From: a virus | UHGV virus genome: UHGV-1373362 | Length of the DNA stretch: 64,000 bases | Reading direction: 5' to 3' (one strand) | In this document: piece by piece, positions 1-9,623 of the stretch | Position numbering within the stretch: the stretch's first letter is position 1 | Layout: each line of letters begins with the position of its first letter | Notes under the pieces: model-generated | Told to the model about the DNA's origin: nothing | Database searches by the model: none | The model's input: the letters and a program-made list of their open reading frames with translations, nothing else | Program-made: the position numbers and the translations under genes

Positions 1-1
1 C

Positions 2-586
2 ATTGGAAGTAATCAGTTTAGAGATCTGTGTAATAAGTATAGCCTAAGTGTGGGAACCTTGGATCAATACACAGGAGTTATTCCCGATAAAAATTTGCAG
101 GAGCTGTTAAATGCACAATCAAAGTTACAAACCTTTAAGTACTACCCATTTAATGGGTACAGCTGTCTCTACCAAGTATATTCTGTAGATGCAGGGTATG
201 GGATTGCTAACGATGCTGCTGAAGCAGTACGTAATTGGTTTAACACCCATTCTAACTTAATAGGTACATCTGAAGAAGATCCTAGTTGTACCAGGATTGA
301 ATCAGAAAAGATCTTAGAGCCAGATCTTCAAAACTTATTAGGAGAATACGAATTTAGTGATTTTGTGGGATTTAATGGTAAACTGGTTAGCTGTAAACAG
401 ATGCTTATGGCGTGTCCAATGAATCAGTTACAACATCAAACTGTAGAACTAATTAGAGAGGTTGTAGATCCTATAGTTTTCCAGCCCTGCCCTTATGATA
501 TAATAATATATACCATGTGGGGAGAGGAATCTGAGGATGAAATCATTCAAGAATATAAACGCCTTAATAATCTTATAAACTTATGA
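2..586 (+). CDS. hypothetical protein, 5'-partial
   Basis: Frame stays open to the window start. The listed start at 50 is TTG and no stop lies upstream. No recognisable motifs. Confidence 0.4.
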   Translation: MGSNQFRDLCNKYSLSVGTLDQYTGVIPDKNLQELLNAQSKLQTFKYYPFNGYSCLYQVYSVDAGYGIANDAAEAVRNWFNTHSNLIGTSEEDPSCTRIESEKILEPDLQNLLGEYEFSDFVGFNGKLVSCKQMLMACPMNQLQHQTVELIREVVDPIVFQPCPYDIIIYTMWGEESEDEIIQEYKRLNNLINL

Positions 587-894
587 CAATAATCGAAGTT
601 TTAAACAAGGCTGAGGCGATTTACATTAGCGAAGTTACCCGTGGTAAATATGTAGGTATGTGTTATTGCATAAAAGTAGCTGCATCACATGATGGAGGTC
701 GTTCATATCCATCCTATAGTAGCATACTTGATAATATCCCTGAATTTAATCCATTCTCTTTACATGGTACAAAAATACCTATAACTCCAGGACTTGATTT
801 CTGGTGGGATGTAGAATCAGTGGATAGTAGGGTAGATGCATTTGAAGCATTAAAGACCATATACACAGGTTCAAAAAAGGAATTTATTTATTAA
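583..894 (+). CDS. hypothetical protein
   Basis: ATG start overlaps the upstream stop (ATGA); fits the tight + strand gene packing. Confidence 0.45.
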   Translation: MTIIEVLNKAEAIYISEVTRGKYVGMCYCIKVAASHDGGRSYPSYSSILDNIPEFNPFSLHGTKIPITPGLDFWWDVESVDSRVDAFEALKTIYTGSKKEFIY

Positions 895-899
895 TCAAC

Positions 900-1241
900 A
901 TGGGAATATTTGGAAAGATTAAAGGAGCAATAACTCCTGAACAAAAGCCTATAAGTGCTTTTGATGCTTACAGTATGACTAGGTATGGCATAATTTCAGA
1001 CAAAGAAACTTTATGTAATACCTGTGTAGCGGAGATTAAGGCTTTAATGCAGTCTAAATCTATGCGTAATCTGTATAGCTTAACATTTGATTTGGATGAA
1101 AACTTACCCGAGCTTGGAGAGTATCTAGTAAATTACTACTCTGAACTTGGGTTTAATTGTTTTGTACTAGATGCTAGTATGGATAGTAGAATAGGATCTC
1201 CTATGCTTTATCTAAGCTGGCATAAGAAGGGAACACCATAA
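900..1241 (+). CDS. hypothetical protein
   Basis: 113-aa ORF with ATG start; no motifs recognised. Confidence 0.45.
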   Translation: MGIFGKIKGAITPEQKPISAFDAYSMTRYGIISDKETLCNTCVAEIKALMQSKSMRNLYSLTFDLDENLPELGEYLVNYYSELGFNCFVLDASMDSRIGSPMLYLSWHKKGTP

Positions 1242-1295
1242 GAGATTAAACAAATAAGAAGAGATTATTTTGTGGTAAACTTTAACGTGTTTTAC

Positions 1296-1484
1296 ATGTT
1301 TAAAAAGATTTCAATTGCCCTTGGATTAGTAATACTCACTATGGGTTGTGTTAGTCTTGTAGGGTGGTTATGTAGTGCTGCTAGCTGGGTATTAAATATA
1401 CTTGGTATATTTACTATTGTTGGCTATAGCAAACTAATAGATTATTTAATAAGAAAACATTTTAACAAAGAAAGTAATGAGTAG
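1296..1484 (+). CDS. small membrane protein
   Basis: The listed start at 1272 is GTG; the first in-frame ATG is at 1296. Single hydrophobic helix ISIALGLVILTMGCVSLVGWL. Confidence 0.35.
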   Translation: MFKKISIALGLVILTMGCVSLVGWLCSAASWVLNILGIFTIVGYSKLIDYLIRKHFNKESNE

Positions 1485-2280
1485 AGAGTCTAGTTATGGC
1501 ATGGGGGCGTTAGCCGTTATTGCGTTAGTGGTGGTAGTATTTCTAAGTTGTTTCAGCATTGACAGAATTGATTCTGGACAAACTGGAGTCATGGTCAATC
1601 TGGCAGGTAATGATAGAGGAGTAGATGATGCAAAGATTGAGACAGGTTGGGTAGTATATAACCGTTTTACCAAACAGTTATTTGAATATCCTGCATATGC
1701 TCAGATCGTGGATTACCCTCCTTTTGAAATCCAGGACATGAAGGGTACTATTTTTACAGCAGATCCAACCATTGAGTATTACATAGAACGTGATAAGGCT
1801 AAAGATGTATTTCTGAGGTATAGAAAAGACATTGAGGCTTTAGAAAATACTGCAATACTCGCAGAGGTTAAGAATGCCTACAAGGACATATCTGGAATGT
1901 ATGAAACAGACAGTCTCATTAATAATAGACCTCAATTTGAAAAGGAGGTTGAGGAATTACTAAGGACAAGACTCAGTGATAGGGGATTTACCTTTAGTAA
2001 TATCCAATCATCCGTTATGCCTAACTCTGCACTGCAAACTGCAATTGATGAAAAGAATACTGCTGTGCAAAAGGCCTTAAAGGTTGAAAATGAAAAGAAA
2101 GCTGCTATTGCTGAAGCTGAGAAAGCTGTAGCTGCTGCGAAGGGTAAAGCTGATGCTAATAGGTTATTGGAACAATCCATTACGCCTGAACTATTGCAAT
2201 TGAAAGCAATAGAGAAATGGGATGGTACGATGCCATTGTCAGTTGGTGGAGGTACTCTGCCCTTCTTGAATTTAAAATAA
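1477..2280 (+). CDS. SPFH/band-7 (prohibitin/HflK-like) membrane protein
   Basis: N-terminal TM segment, SPFH-like core, and a C-terminal Ala/Glu/Lys-rich helix (KKAAIAEAEKAVAAAKGKADANRLLEQS) typical of prohibitin/HflKC. Confidence 0.65.
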   Translation: MSRESSYGMGALAVIALVVVVFLSCFSIDRIDSGQTGVMVNLAGNDRGVDDAKIETGWVVYNRFTKQLFEYPAYAQIVDYPPFEIQDMKGTIFTADPTIEYYIERDKAKDVFLRYRKDIEALENTAILAEVKNAYKDISGMYETDSLINNRPQFEKEVEELLRTRLSDRGFTFSNIQSSVMPNSALQTAIDEKNTAVQKALKVENEKKAAIAEAEKAVAAAKGKADANRLLEQSITPELLQLKAIEKWDGTMPLSVGGGTLPFLNLK

Positions 2281-2306
2281 CTCAGTATTAAAAACTTATT
2301 AAAATT

Positions 2307-2921
2307 ATGGCAATTAACTTGCAAAAAGGTGGACGTATTGACCTTTCTAAGGAGTCCACAGCTAGTGTGTTTAGAATTGGTTTGGGCTGGGATGCAGCAC
2401 AACCTGGTAAAGAATTTGACTTGGATGCTATGGCTATTCTGCTTGGTGCTGATGGTAAAGCTGTAAGTGACGATGCAATGGCTCTGTTTGGGCAGTTGGA
2501 CGGTCCTGAAGCTATAGCTGCTACTGGTTGTATCCATCATTCAGGCGATAACCGTACTGGTGCAGGTGATGGTGATGATGAAACTATCACTATTGACACT
2601 GCTAAGGTTCCTGCCAATGTTCAGGAAATTGTAGTTCTTGTCAATATCCATGATGCCAAGAATCGTCAGCAGAACTTTGGTATGGTAAAGAATGCCAAGG
2701 TTAACCTGTATGAAGGTGCAGAAGGTAACAACGTTCTTGCCAAGTATGACCTGGAAGAAGATGCTTCTATGGATAGAGCATTGGTATTCTGCAGACTGTA
2801 TCGCAAGGATGGAGCATGGAAGTTCCAAGCTGTGAACGAAGGTAAGGGTAACTATCAGAATGTGTTACTGTGTGACATTCTGTCCAGTTATGGTATCAAC
2901 GCAGGTCCAAACAATCTGTAA
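2307..2921 (+). CDS. terD: TerD-family tellurium-resistance-like protein
   Basis: Diagnostic TerD motifs GDNRTGAGDGDDETI and a C-terminal WKF..A.N. segment; about 200 aa, as for TerD/TerE/TerZ. Confidence 0.8.
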   Translation: MAINLQKGGRIDLSKESTASVFRIGLGWDAAQPGKEFDLDAMAILLGADGKAVSDDAMALFGQLDGPEAIAATGCIHHSGDNRTGAGDGDDETITIDTAKVPANVQEIVVLVNIHDAKNRQQNFGMVKNAKVNLYEGAEGNNVLAKYDLEEDASMDRALVFCRLYRKDGAWKFQAVNEGKGNYQNVLLCDILSSYGINAGPNNL

Positions 2922-2924
2922 GCT

Positions 2925-3572
2925 ATGATAAATCTTAACAAAGACCTAGTAGCAGGAGGTCGTATCAACCTTAGTAAGGATGATAACGGCAATGCCCTTA
3001 CTCGTATCTTCTTTGGTGCTAACTGGGGAATGATCAACAAGGGTGGTGGATTTTTGGGATTTGGTAGTAGTAAGGAGAAGGTTGACTTGGATAGTTCAGC
3101 GGTATGTCTGGATGAAAATAAGAGACCCATTGAAACTATATCTTATTACCATTTACGTGCTAACAACAACTCTATCTTCCATTCTGGTGATGATAGAGGT
3201 GGTGATGAATTTGATGATGGATGTGACAATGAAACTATTACGGTAGATTTACCTAATGTAGATTCTCGTGTTCATCATATTGTCTTTATTCTCAATAATT
3301 ATACTCAACAGAAATTTGAAAAGCTCCCTTATATGGGCTTGAGAATTTATACTACTGCTAATGGTAAAATTTCCAGACGTATTAGTGATGAGGGAACTAT
3401 CTTGGCACAAGTTAAGCTAGATCCTAAATCTGATAAGTATATTGGGAAAAAGGGAATTATTCTTGGCGAGGTGTATCGTCATAACGGTGAGTGGAAGTTC
3501 AAAACAATTGATGTTACCGGAACTTGGGGTTCAATTGGAGAAATCACTAGAGAACTTCCTTCCATTATCTAA
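2925..3572 (+). CDS. TerD-family paralog
   Basis: Same domain pattern: GGRINLSKDD, HSGDDRGGDEFDDGCDNETITVDL, GEWKFKTIDV. A second TerD-like copy placed in tandem. Confidence 0.65.
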   Translation: MINLNKDLVAGGRINLSKDDNGNALTRIFFGANWGMINKGGGFLGFGSSKEKVDLDSSAVCLDENKRPIETISYYHLRANNNSIFHSGDDRGGDEFDDGCDNETITVDLPNVDSRVHHIVFILNNYTQQKFEKLPYMGLRIYTTANGKISRRISDEGTILAQVKLDPKSDKYIGKKGIILGEVYRHNGEWKFKTIDVTGTWGSIGEITRELPSII

Positions 3573-3595
3573 CAACTATTTAAAACTAAACTAAA

Positions 3596-3958
3596 ATGGA
3601 TTATCAAGAAGTATTAAAGCTCCGAGAGGAAATCTTTGCTGATGGTAAAGTAACCAAAGAGGAAGTTGAACTATTATGGAGCAAAAAGGATGAGCTTGAA
3701 GAGACATCTGCGGAATTTGGCAGTTTGTTTGCGGAGGCTGTAATGGCATGGCTGTTAGATGATGGTATTATTGATGAGGAAGAGGCTCAATATATCATCA
3801 ATAAAATTACCGAGGATGATACAATCGATGATGCCGAATTGGAACTACTTTACAGCCTGAACGATGTATATCAATCAGGTCTGTTACTTCCTAAATGTCT
3901 ATTAGAAGCATTCCCAGACTTCTTTACGGAAGACGAGGAAGAGGGGATAGAAGAGTAA
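3596..3958 (+). CDS. TerB-like acidic helical protein
   Basis: Two ADGxxxxEExxxL-type repeats (FADGKVTKEEVELLW and LDDGIIDEEEAQYIINKI) as in the TerB domain; sits directly after the TerD pair. Confidence 0.45.
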   Translation: MDYQEVLKLREEIFADGKVTKEEVELLWSKKDELEETSAEFGSLFAEAVMAWLLDDGIIDEEEAQYIINKITEDDTIDDAELELLYSLNDVYQSGLLLPKCLLEAFPDFFTEDEEEGIEE

Positions 3959-3993
3959 TTCTCTTCGTGTAATTTATAACGTATGTCGAGATT

Positions 3994-6489
3994 ATGAATA
4001 CAGTAGGATTAAGTGATAATGAAGTATTACAGAGTAGGAACCTTTATGGTTCTAACATACTAACTCCACCTAAAAGAGACCCCTGGTATATTCTTCTATT
4101 AGAGAAGTTCAAAGATCCTCTGATAGAGATCTTATGCGTTGCAGCTATAATTGCATTAATATTAGGTATAATCAAGCTAGAGTTTGAGGAACCTATAGGA
4201 ATTATTCTTGCTATATGTTTAGCTGTAGGAATGGGATTTTTGAATGAGTGGAGTGCTGCCAAGAAGTTTGATATTATGAATCAAGTATCAGACGACATTC
4301 TTGTAAAGGTTAGGCGTAGTGGTCATGTAACCCAAATACCACGGAAGGATTTAGTTGTAGGAGACATAGTAATTCTAGAGTCAGGGGAAGAGATTCCCGC
4401 TGATATAAAAATACTTGAATCTCACAATCTAAGGATTAACGAGTCTGCCCTAACAGGGGAATCCAAGGCCGTTATTAAAATGTCTATAACTGAAGGAGAG
4501 AACAATGGTACATATCCTTCAGATATGGTACTTAGGGGAACTACAATTGAAGAGGGAACAGCGACAGGTGTAGTTACAGCAGTTGGTGATAAAACTGAAA
4601 TTGGCAAAACTGCCAGACAAGCTGCTGAAATTACTGATGTTACAACCCCATTAAATAAGCAACTTAATGGTTTAGCTGAACTAATAAATAAGATTGCTTA
4701 CGGCGCCGCAACCTTTCTAATTATCTCTTTATTAGTAAAGTATTTCTTTATTGAGAAGGGGTATATAGGACAAGACTGGATGCAAATAGCGAATGATATG
4801 CTATCATGTTTAATGATTGCAGTAGCATTGATTGTAGTAGCTGTACCAGAGGGTTTACCAATGGCAGTTACATTAGCTCTAGCATATTCAATGAAAAGAA
4901 TGTCTAGGGCTAATAATCTAGTTCGTAAAATGCATGCATGTGAAACTCTTGGAGCAACTACATTAATATTGACTGATAAGACTGGGACACTTACTCAAAA
5001 TAAAATGAAAGTGGTAGACTCTAATATTACTGATGATAGTTATTTAAAATATAACATCTTAGGTAATAGTACTGCTTTTATTGAAGGGGACAAGACTATT
5101 GGAAATCCTACAGAGGGTGCCTTAATAAGGCATCTTAATGTAAGCCAAGCAGGGGTTGATATTCTTAGGGAGGAATGCAAACCTGTCTATAGAGAGGAGT
5201 TCTCCAGTAAGTCCAAATACATGCTTACAGTCATTATGCGGGGTGATAGGTATATAGGTCTAATTAAAGGAGCACCAGAAGTAGTTGAAGGATTCTGTAC
5301 TGAGGTACCACTCGATGTAGATGCTACAACTCAGCAGTATCGAGGCCGACGAGTAATTGGCTTTGCCTTTAAGGTTACTGACACTCTTGAAGATGCCGCT
5401 TCCCTTACAGGCTATAACTACAATGGTTATATGGCTATTGAAGATCCTATTAGACCTGATGTCCCTGAAGCAATTAGAGCTGCGAAGAAGGCAGGCATCA
5501 AAGTTAAAATCATCACTGGAGACAATCCAACTACAGCTATAGAGATAGCTAGGCAAGCAGGATTGAGTGATTCACCACAAGGAATGGCTGGTATTGATAT
5601 GAGGAATAAGTCGAATCCATATGATTCGGTTACAGGTATTTCTACTATTGATGTCTTTGCCAGAACGAAACCTGAAGACAAGCAAACACTGGTTACAGAG
5701 TTTCAAGCTCTAGGTGAAGTGGTGGCTATGACCGGTGATGGTACTAACGACGCCCCAGCACTTAATCATGCTGAAGTGGGTATAGCCATGAATAATGGCA
5801 CCGATGTGGCTAAAGAAGCTGCTGACATTATTCTACTCGACAATTCATTCCCCTCTATCATCTTGGGAGTAAAGTGGGGTAGAAGCTTGTATAAAAATAT
5901 ACAACACTTTATTCTATTCCAATTGACCATTAACGTAGTTGCTATATTAATTGCGTGCGTAGGTCCATTTATTGGAGTGAATTTACCCTTCACTGTAGTA
6001 CAGATGTTATGGGTAAACTTAATCATGGATACATTTGCTGCACTGGCGTTAGCTACTGAGCCAGCTAACGATGCAGTTATGGAAGAAGCACCTAGAGATC
6101 CTAAGGCATTCATTATCACTAAGAACATGTGGTGGGAAATTTTAGGTAAAGGTCTCATATTCTTCTTATTCTTAACCTGGTTGCTTATAGGCGAAAAGGT
6201 TTCACTAAGCTACTTCTTTACAATATTTGTATTGTTGCAGTGGTGGAACTTATTTAATGCTAGAGTATTTGGGCAAAAGAGAAGTATCTTTGATGGCTTA
6301 CTAAAGAATCCTGCATTTATAGGAATCTCTTTAGTTATTTTAGTAGGTCAATTCTTAATAGTGCAATTTGGTGGAGATATGTTCCGTACAGAACCTATTC
6401 CTCTAAATCATTGGGGTTTACTAATAGCAGGAACTTCAATAGTAGCTATATTTAGAGAATTGAAATATCAAATAAGCAAAATCTTTTGA
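3994..6489 (+). CDS. P-type cation-transporting ATPase (P2-type, Ca2+-ATPase-like)
   Basis: DKTGTLT phosphorylation motif, TGES-like actuator region, PEGLP in TM4, TGDN, and the GDGTNDAPAL hinge; about 8 or more TM helices. Confidence 0.9.
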   Translation: MNTVGLSDNEVLQSRNLYGSNILTPPKRDPWYILLLEKFKDPLIEILCVAAIIALILGIIKLEFEEPIGIILAICLAVGMGFLNEWSAAKKFDIMNQVSDDILVKVRRSGHVTQIPRKDLVVGDIVILESGEEIPADIKILESHNLRINESALTGESKAVIKMSITEGENNGTYPSDMVLRGTTIEEGTATGVVTAVGDKTEIGKTARQAAEITDVTTPLNKQLNGLAELINKIAYGAATFLIISLLVKYFFIEKGYIGQDWMQIANDMLSCLMIAVALIVVAVPEGLPMAVTLALAYSMKRMSRANNLVRKMHACETLGATTLILTDKTGTLTQNKMKVVDSNITDDSYLKYNILGNSTAFIEGDKTIGNPTEGALIRHLNVSQAGVDILREECKPVYREEFSSKSKYMLTVIMRGDRYIGLIKGAPEVVEGFCTEVPLDVDATTQQYRGRRVIGFAFKVTDTLEDAASLTGYNYNGYMAIEDPIRPDVPEAIRAAKKAGIKVKIITGDNPTTAIEIARQAGLSDSPQGMAGIDMRNKSNPYDSVTGISTIDVFARTKPEDKQTLVTEFQALGEVVAMTGDGTNDAPALNHAEVGIAMNNGTDVAKEAADIILLDNSFPSIILGVKWGRSLYKNIQHFILFQLTINVVAILIACVGPFIGVNLPFTVVQMLWVNLIMDTFAALALATEPANDAVMEEAPRDPKAFIITKNMWWEILGKGLIFFLFLTWLLIGEKVSLSYFFTIFVLLQWWNLFNARVFGQKRSIFDGLLKNPAFIGISLVILVGQFLIVQFGGDMFRTEPIPLNHWGLLIAGTSIVAIFRELKYQISKIF

Positions 6490-6890
6490 GTATGGAATAT
6501 TGGATATTATATCTTTGTGGTATAGCTGATCCTATTCATACGTTATTTAGAGTCTTTGGTATTATTGGAACTATAGTTGGTGTAATTAGTATACTTTTTA
6601 ACATGTGTGCTAGTAGTCCCAACTGTGATAAATGCTACAGAACATGTATAGCTAGCATAGTATCCCATAATATGAAGGTTAAAGGAATTAAAGTTTTGAG
6701 CATTAGTATAACAATACTGTTGGTTTCATGTTTAATCCCTAGATCCAAAGACTGTTATGCTTTATTTGGCATAGGGACGATTCTTAATTACGTTAACAAT
6801 AGTAACGAGGCTAAGAAGATTCCAGATAACGCATTGAAAGCAGTGAACCATTACTTGGAGTTATTAACTCCTAGTGACTCCATACAATAA
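6486..6890 (+). CDS. membrane protein, Cys-rich
   Basis: Two hydrophobic segments plus a CDKCYRTC stretch; ATGA overlap with the ATPase gene stop. Confidence 0.35.
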   Translation: MSMEYWILYLCGIADPIHTLFRVFGIIGTIVGVISILFNMCASSPNCDKCYRTCIASIVSHNMKVKGIKVLSISITILLVSCLIPRSKDCYALFGIGTILNYVNNSNEAKKIPDNALKAVNHYLELLTPSDSIQ

Positions 6891-6930
6891 AGAACTTGGG
6901 GTCAATGCTGGTTAAAATCAGTGTTGGCCC
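6887..6930 (+). terminator. putative rho-independent terminator
   Basis: Imperfect hairpin ggggtcaatgctgg..cagtgttggccc with G-U pairs, followed by a T8 run. Confidence 0.4.
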
Positions 6931-6975
6931 TATTTTTTTTAAGATGGATGGTATGTAACTGACTAGTAACTTTTA

Positions 6976-7464
6976 GTGAAAGGACTAAGTAAAGTTAAGG
7001 CATGGCTCGAAAGAATGAACTTTAACCAAATAGAGCAAGTGGGCGATACTAATTCAGAGTATTTCCAATTAGCTGGGTTTCCCATTACTATTAGGTTAGG
7101 AGATCATTTAGGTAGAGCTAATACAATTTCTGACAAATACATCAACCTATTACCTGGTGATAGTTCAGAGTCGTATGTTCTGGTTATAAATAAGACTACC
7201 AAAGTTGTTAAGTATAGAGAGTTACTCAAAGTAATAAGTGGCTTTATTTCTCTCTATTCAGTTCTTCCTGATTATATGAAGTTTAGATCTGATATGAAAA
7301 GGGAGTTTCAACAGAAGGAAGCTAGTTTAAATACAGAAATTAACAATTTGAGGACTAATATGAATGCATTTAAGTCTAAAATGAAAGACAAATTAAATGG
7401 ATTCAGTCAGGCTTTGAAGAAAGTTAATAACGATATTGTAGTAGAAATGAGTAATCTATTATGA
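6976..7464 (+). CDS. hypothetical protein with C-terminal coiled coil
   Basis: ORF only; the C-terminal half has heptad-like repeats. Confidence 0.4.
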   Translation: MKGLSKVKAWLERMNFNQIEQVGDTNSEYFQLAGFPITIRLGDHLGRANTISDKYINLLPGDSSESYVLVINKTTKVVKYRELLKVISGFISLYSVLPDYMKFRSDMKREFQQKEASLNTEINNLRTNMNAFKSKMKDKLNGFSQALKKVNNDIVVEMSNLL

Positions 7465-7856
7465 ATATAATTAATAATATAATTGATTCCTGGAAGCATA
7501 TACCTTATACTCTTAGACATTACAAAGCATTCCTTAAGACTGAGAAGAAGTATTTAAAGTCTTATAAATATAAGTTCCATGATTTAGACAAAGTACTAAT
7601 GTACATTCTAATTCCTTGGGTAGGAACTAAACGTATTAAAGAAGTGCATAGGTTTTTCAACTCACACCATATCCAAAATTACAAGAATCCTCTTAATTGT
7701 AACTACGAGGAGGCAGCTATTGACTGGGAATGTTGTAGATTTACTAAACCTAATGAACCTATGAGTGCAAGGGAATATCTAGAATATAAGAGGGGAACCC
7801 TAGATTATTTACATTACTACAGAATGGATGAGGCTTTGAAACGATTAGGATTATAG
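7461..7856 (+). CDS. hypothetical protein
   Basis: ATGA overlap with the upstream gene. Confidence 0.4.
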   Translation: MNIINNIIDSWKHIPYTLRHYKAFLKTEKKYLKSYKYKFHDLDKVLMYILIPWVGTKRIKEVHRFFNSHHIQNYKNPLNCNYEEAAIDWECCRFTKPNEPMSAREYLEYKRGTLDYLHYYRMDEALKRLGL

Positions 7857-7857
7857 G

Positions 7858-8133
7858 ATGGTTATTCAAGAAACTGATTTTAGGATGATTCCTAGTGGTG
7901 TCAACACTCATTTCTGGGATTTAGAGCTATTACAGACGATAAAACCTAGAGGTGGTAAAGAGAGACAAGAGTTTAAAGAGGCAGGATATGGGATGTTATT
8001 TGAAACTTGTATAGAGAGAATCGCCCATTACCGTACCGTAAACAATTGCCCTGATGTGGTATCATTAAAGGAATATTTTGAAGATTACATTAAGCACATA
8101 AAGGAGCTTAAAGAACTATGTAAAGGATGCTAG
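7858..8133 (+). CDS. hypothetical protein
   Basis: ORF only; ends with CKGC. Confidence 0.35.
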   Translation: MVIQETDFRMIPSGVNTHFWDLELLQTIKPRGGKERQEFKEAGYGMLFETCIERIAHYRTVNNCPDVVSLKEYFEDYIKHIKELKELCKGC

Positions 8134-8134
8134 C

Positions 8135-8301
8135 TATGGCTTTAGAAAATCAGGGTGTACCCAAACGTAAAAGAAAGGTGACTTCAACCAAAGTGATATA
8201 TTGTACGAGGTGTGGTAAGAATACTACTCATAGTCTTTATAATACTGAAGAAGTAATCTACAGATGTGTCATCTGTGGTAGTTTAATTGAAAAGAAATAA
8301 C
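8135..8301 (+). CDS. small zinc-ribbon protein (55 aa)
   Basis: Missing from the ORF track because it is under 60 aa. MALENQGVPKRKRKV...CTRCG...(23 aa)...CVICG: two CxxC pairs and a basic N-terminus. TGCTAGCTATG start context. Confidence 0.3.
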
Positions 8302-8302
8302 A

Positions 8303-8692
8303 TTGTTTATGCAAAAGAAAGTAGAATTAGACCCAGTTCATGTTCATAATGATGCAGAAATGGTATCATTAAAGTTGAGACAACCTCTAAAAGCTCGTAG
8401 GGATCCATCGGTATGGACTAAGACCGAGAAGGAGAGAAGACTGTGGAAACAACACCGCAGATTTCCTGTTCCAGACTCTAAATGGTCTGCCCCTACTAAG
8501 GTGTCAAGATTTGTAGGAAGACTGACTGTACATGTCCGTGGCTTAGATAAAACCACTTACAGTCATAAGTGCGTTGAAACTGATGTTCCTTACTTATTAA
8601 GTAAGTATCGCACTGATAAATCAATGATTATAAGAGCATTCTGGAATGGCAAAGAAATTGACCCAGAACGTTTACTCTTACAAGCAGTATAG
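8303..8692 (+). CDS. hypothetical basic protein
   Basis: ORF only. Confidence 0.35.
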   Translation: MFMQKKVELDPVHVHNDAEMVSLKLRQPLKARRDPSVWTKTEKERRLWKQHRRFPVPDSKWSAPTKVSRFVGRLTVHVRGLDKTTYSHKCVETDVPYLLSKYRTDKSMIIRAFWNGKEIDPERLLLQAV

Positions 8693-8957
8693 GCTTACCG
8701 AGTGTTCTAAATTTCTGTATGAAGTATCTTTATACAAGATATGGAAAGACAGATCTGAATCAATTGACAGCCAGTTTTATGCTTCTGAGGTACCACTAAA
8801 GGTCAAAGAAGCTACTTTCGTTAAAATGAAAGATTACACATTGGCTAGGTTTGTAACTTGGCTAGGTGCACCCGCAGATTATTTAAAAAATAATTTTAAA
8901 TTAATTACTGATGAGGGTAATAGACGCAAACGGAAACCCAGAACAAAAACAAACTAG
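8646..8957 (+). CDS. hypothetical protein
   Basis: ORF overlapping both neighbours; start uncertain. Confidence 0.3.
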   Translation: MAKKLTQNVYSYKQYRLTECSKFLYEVSLYKIWKDRSESIDSQFYASEVPLKVKEATFVKMKDYTLARFVTWLGAPADYLKNNFKLITDEGNRRKRKPRTKTN

Positions 8958-9051
8958 TCAAGGTACTAAGACAGTAGGTGCACCATCTACTATGACTTAT
9001 ACCGAGAGGACTATTGATACTACTAGACGTAAGTGCACTTTGTCTAGTGTA

Positions 9052-9570
9052 ATGATTGAAATGTTAGTCAAGCAAATGTCTGCTGAATTGGCTAACCACT
9101 CATTATACAGGACATTTGCTAATTACTTTGATGTAGAGGGGTTGCCTAAGTTAGCAACTTATTGGTTGGGAAGGGCTGCTGAGGAATATCTGCATCATGA
9201 GTGGATCTATAAATATTTAACTACTAATGATGCTTTGTTTCAATATCCACCAGTCCCCCCAATCAGTGTGGACATTACTGATAGGGTAATGCCTTTCGCT
9301 GCAACTGTGGATAGGGAGATTGAAACCACTATGGGCATTAACAAAATTGTGGATCAAGCACAAAAAGAAGGTGATTGGGCTACATTCCAGTGGTTGAATG
9401 GAGAGGATGAGGAAGAAGGTAGACTTGTTAAAGAGCAGGTAGAAGAAGAATCTATCTCTAGAACCATACTAGACATGGCTAGAGAAGAGGGATCTTGGCT
9501 TCGTAAGCAGTCTACTATATTGGCCTTCTATCGTAATCCAGAAAGCCTACAGCCTTCAAGAAAGGCATAG
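9052..9570 (+). CDS. ferritin-like diiron protein
   Basis: MIEMLVKQMSAELANHSLYRTFANYF..G...WLGRAAEEYLHHEWIYKYL parallels bacterial ferritin helix A/B (LNxQxNxELxSSxxY...AxEExxHxxxLxxYL) with an ExxH iron ligand. The track ORF starts at 8911; an internal ATG was chosen to give a ferritin-sized product. Confidence 0.4.
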   Translation: MIEMLVKQMSAELANHSLYRTFANYFDVEGLPKLATYWLGRAAEEYLHHEWIYKYLTTNDALFQYPPVPPISVDITDRVMPFAATVDREIETTMGINKIVDQAQKEGDWATFQWLNGEDEEEGRLVKEQVEEESISRTILDMAREEGSWLRKQSTILAFYRNPESLQPSRKA

Positions 9571-9623
9571 CTAGATTATACAACTATAGAGATCTTCTTG
9601 AAAAATTTTTAATTCTTATTAGA

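Noticed and set aside
3043-3246. Alternative-frame + ORFs inside larger genes (3043-3246, 5357-5542, 21681-21932, 24091-24300, 36190-36435, 38998-39180, 39335-39526, 42800-43045, 52027-52233)
   Set aside because: They overlap better-supported frames with recognisable motifs. Their translations are compositionally atypical.
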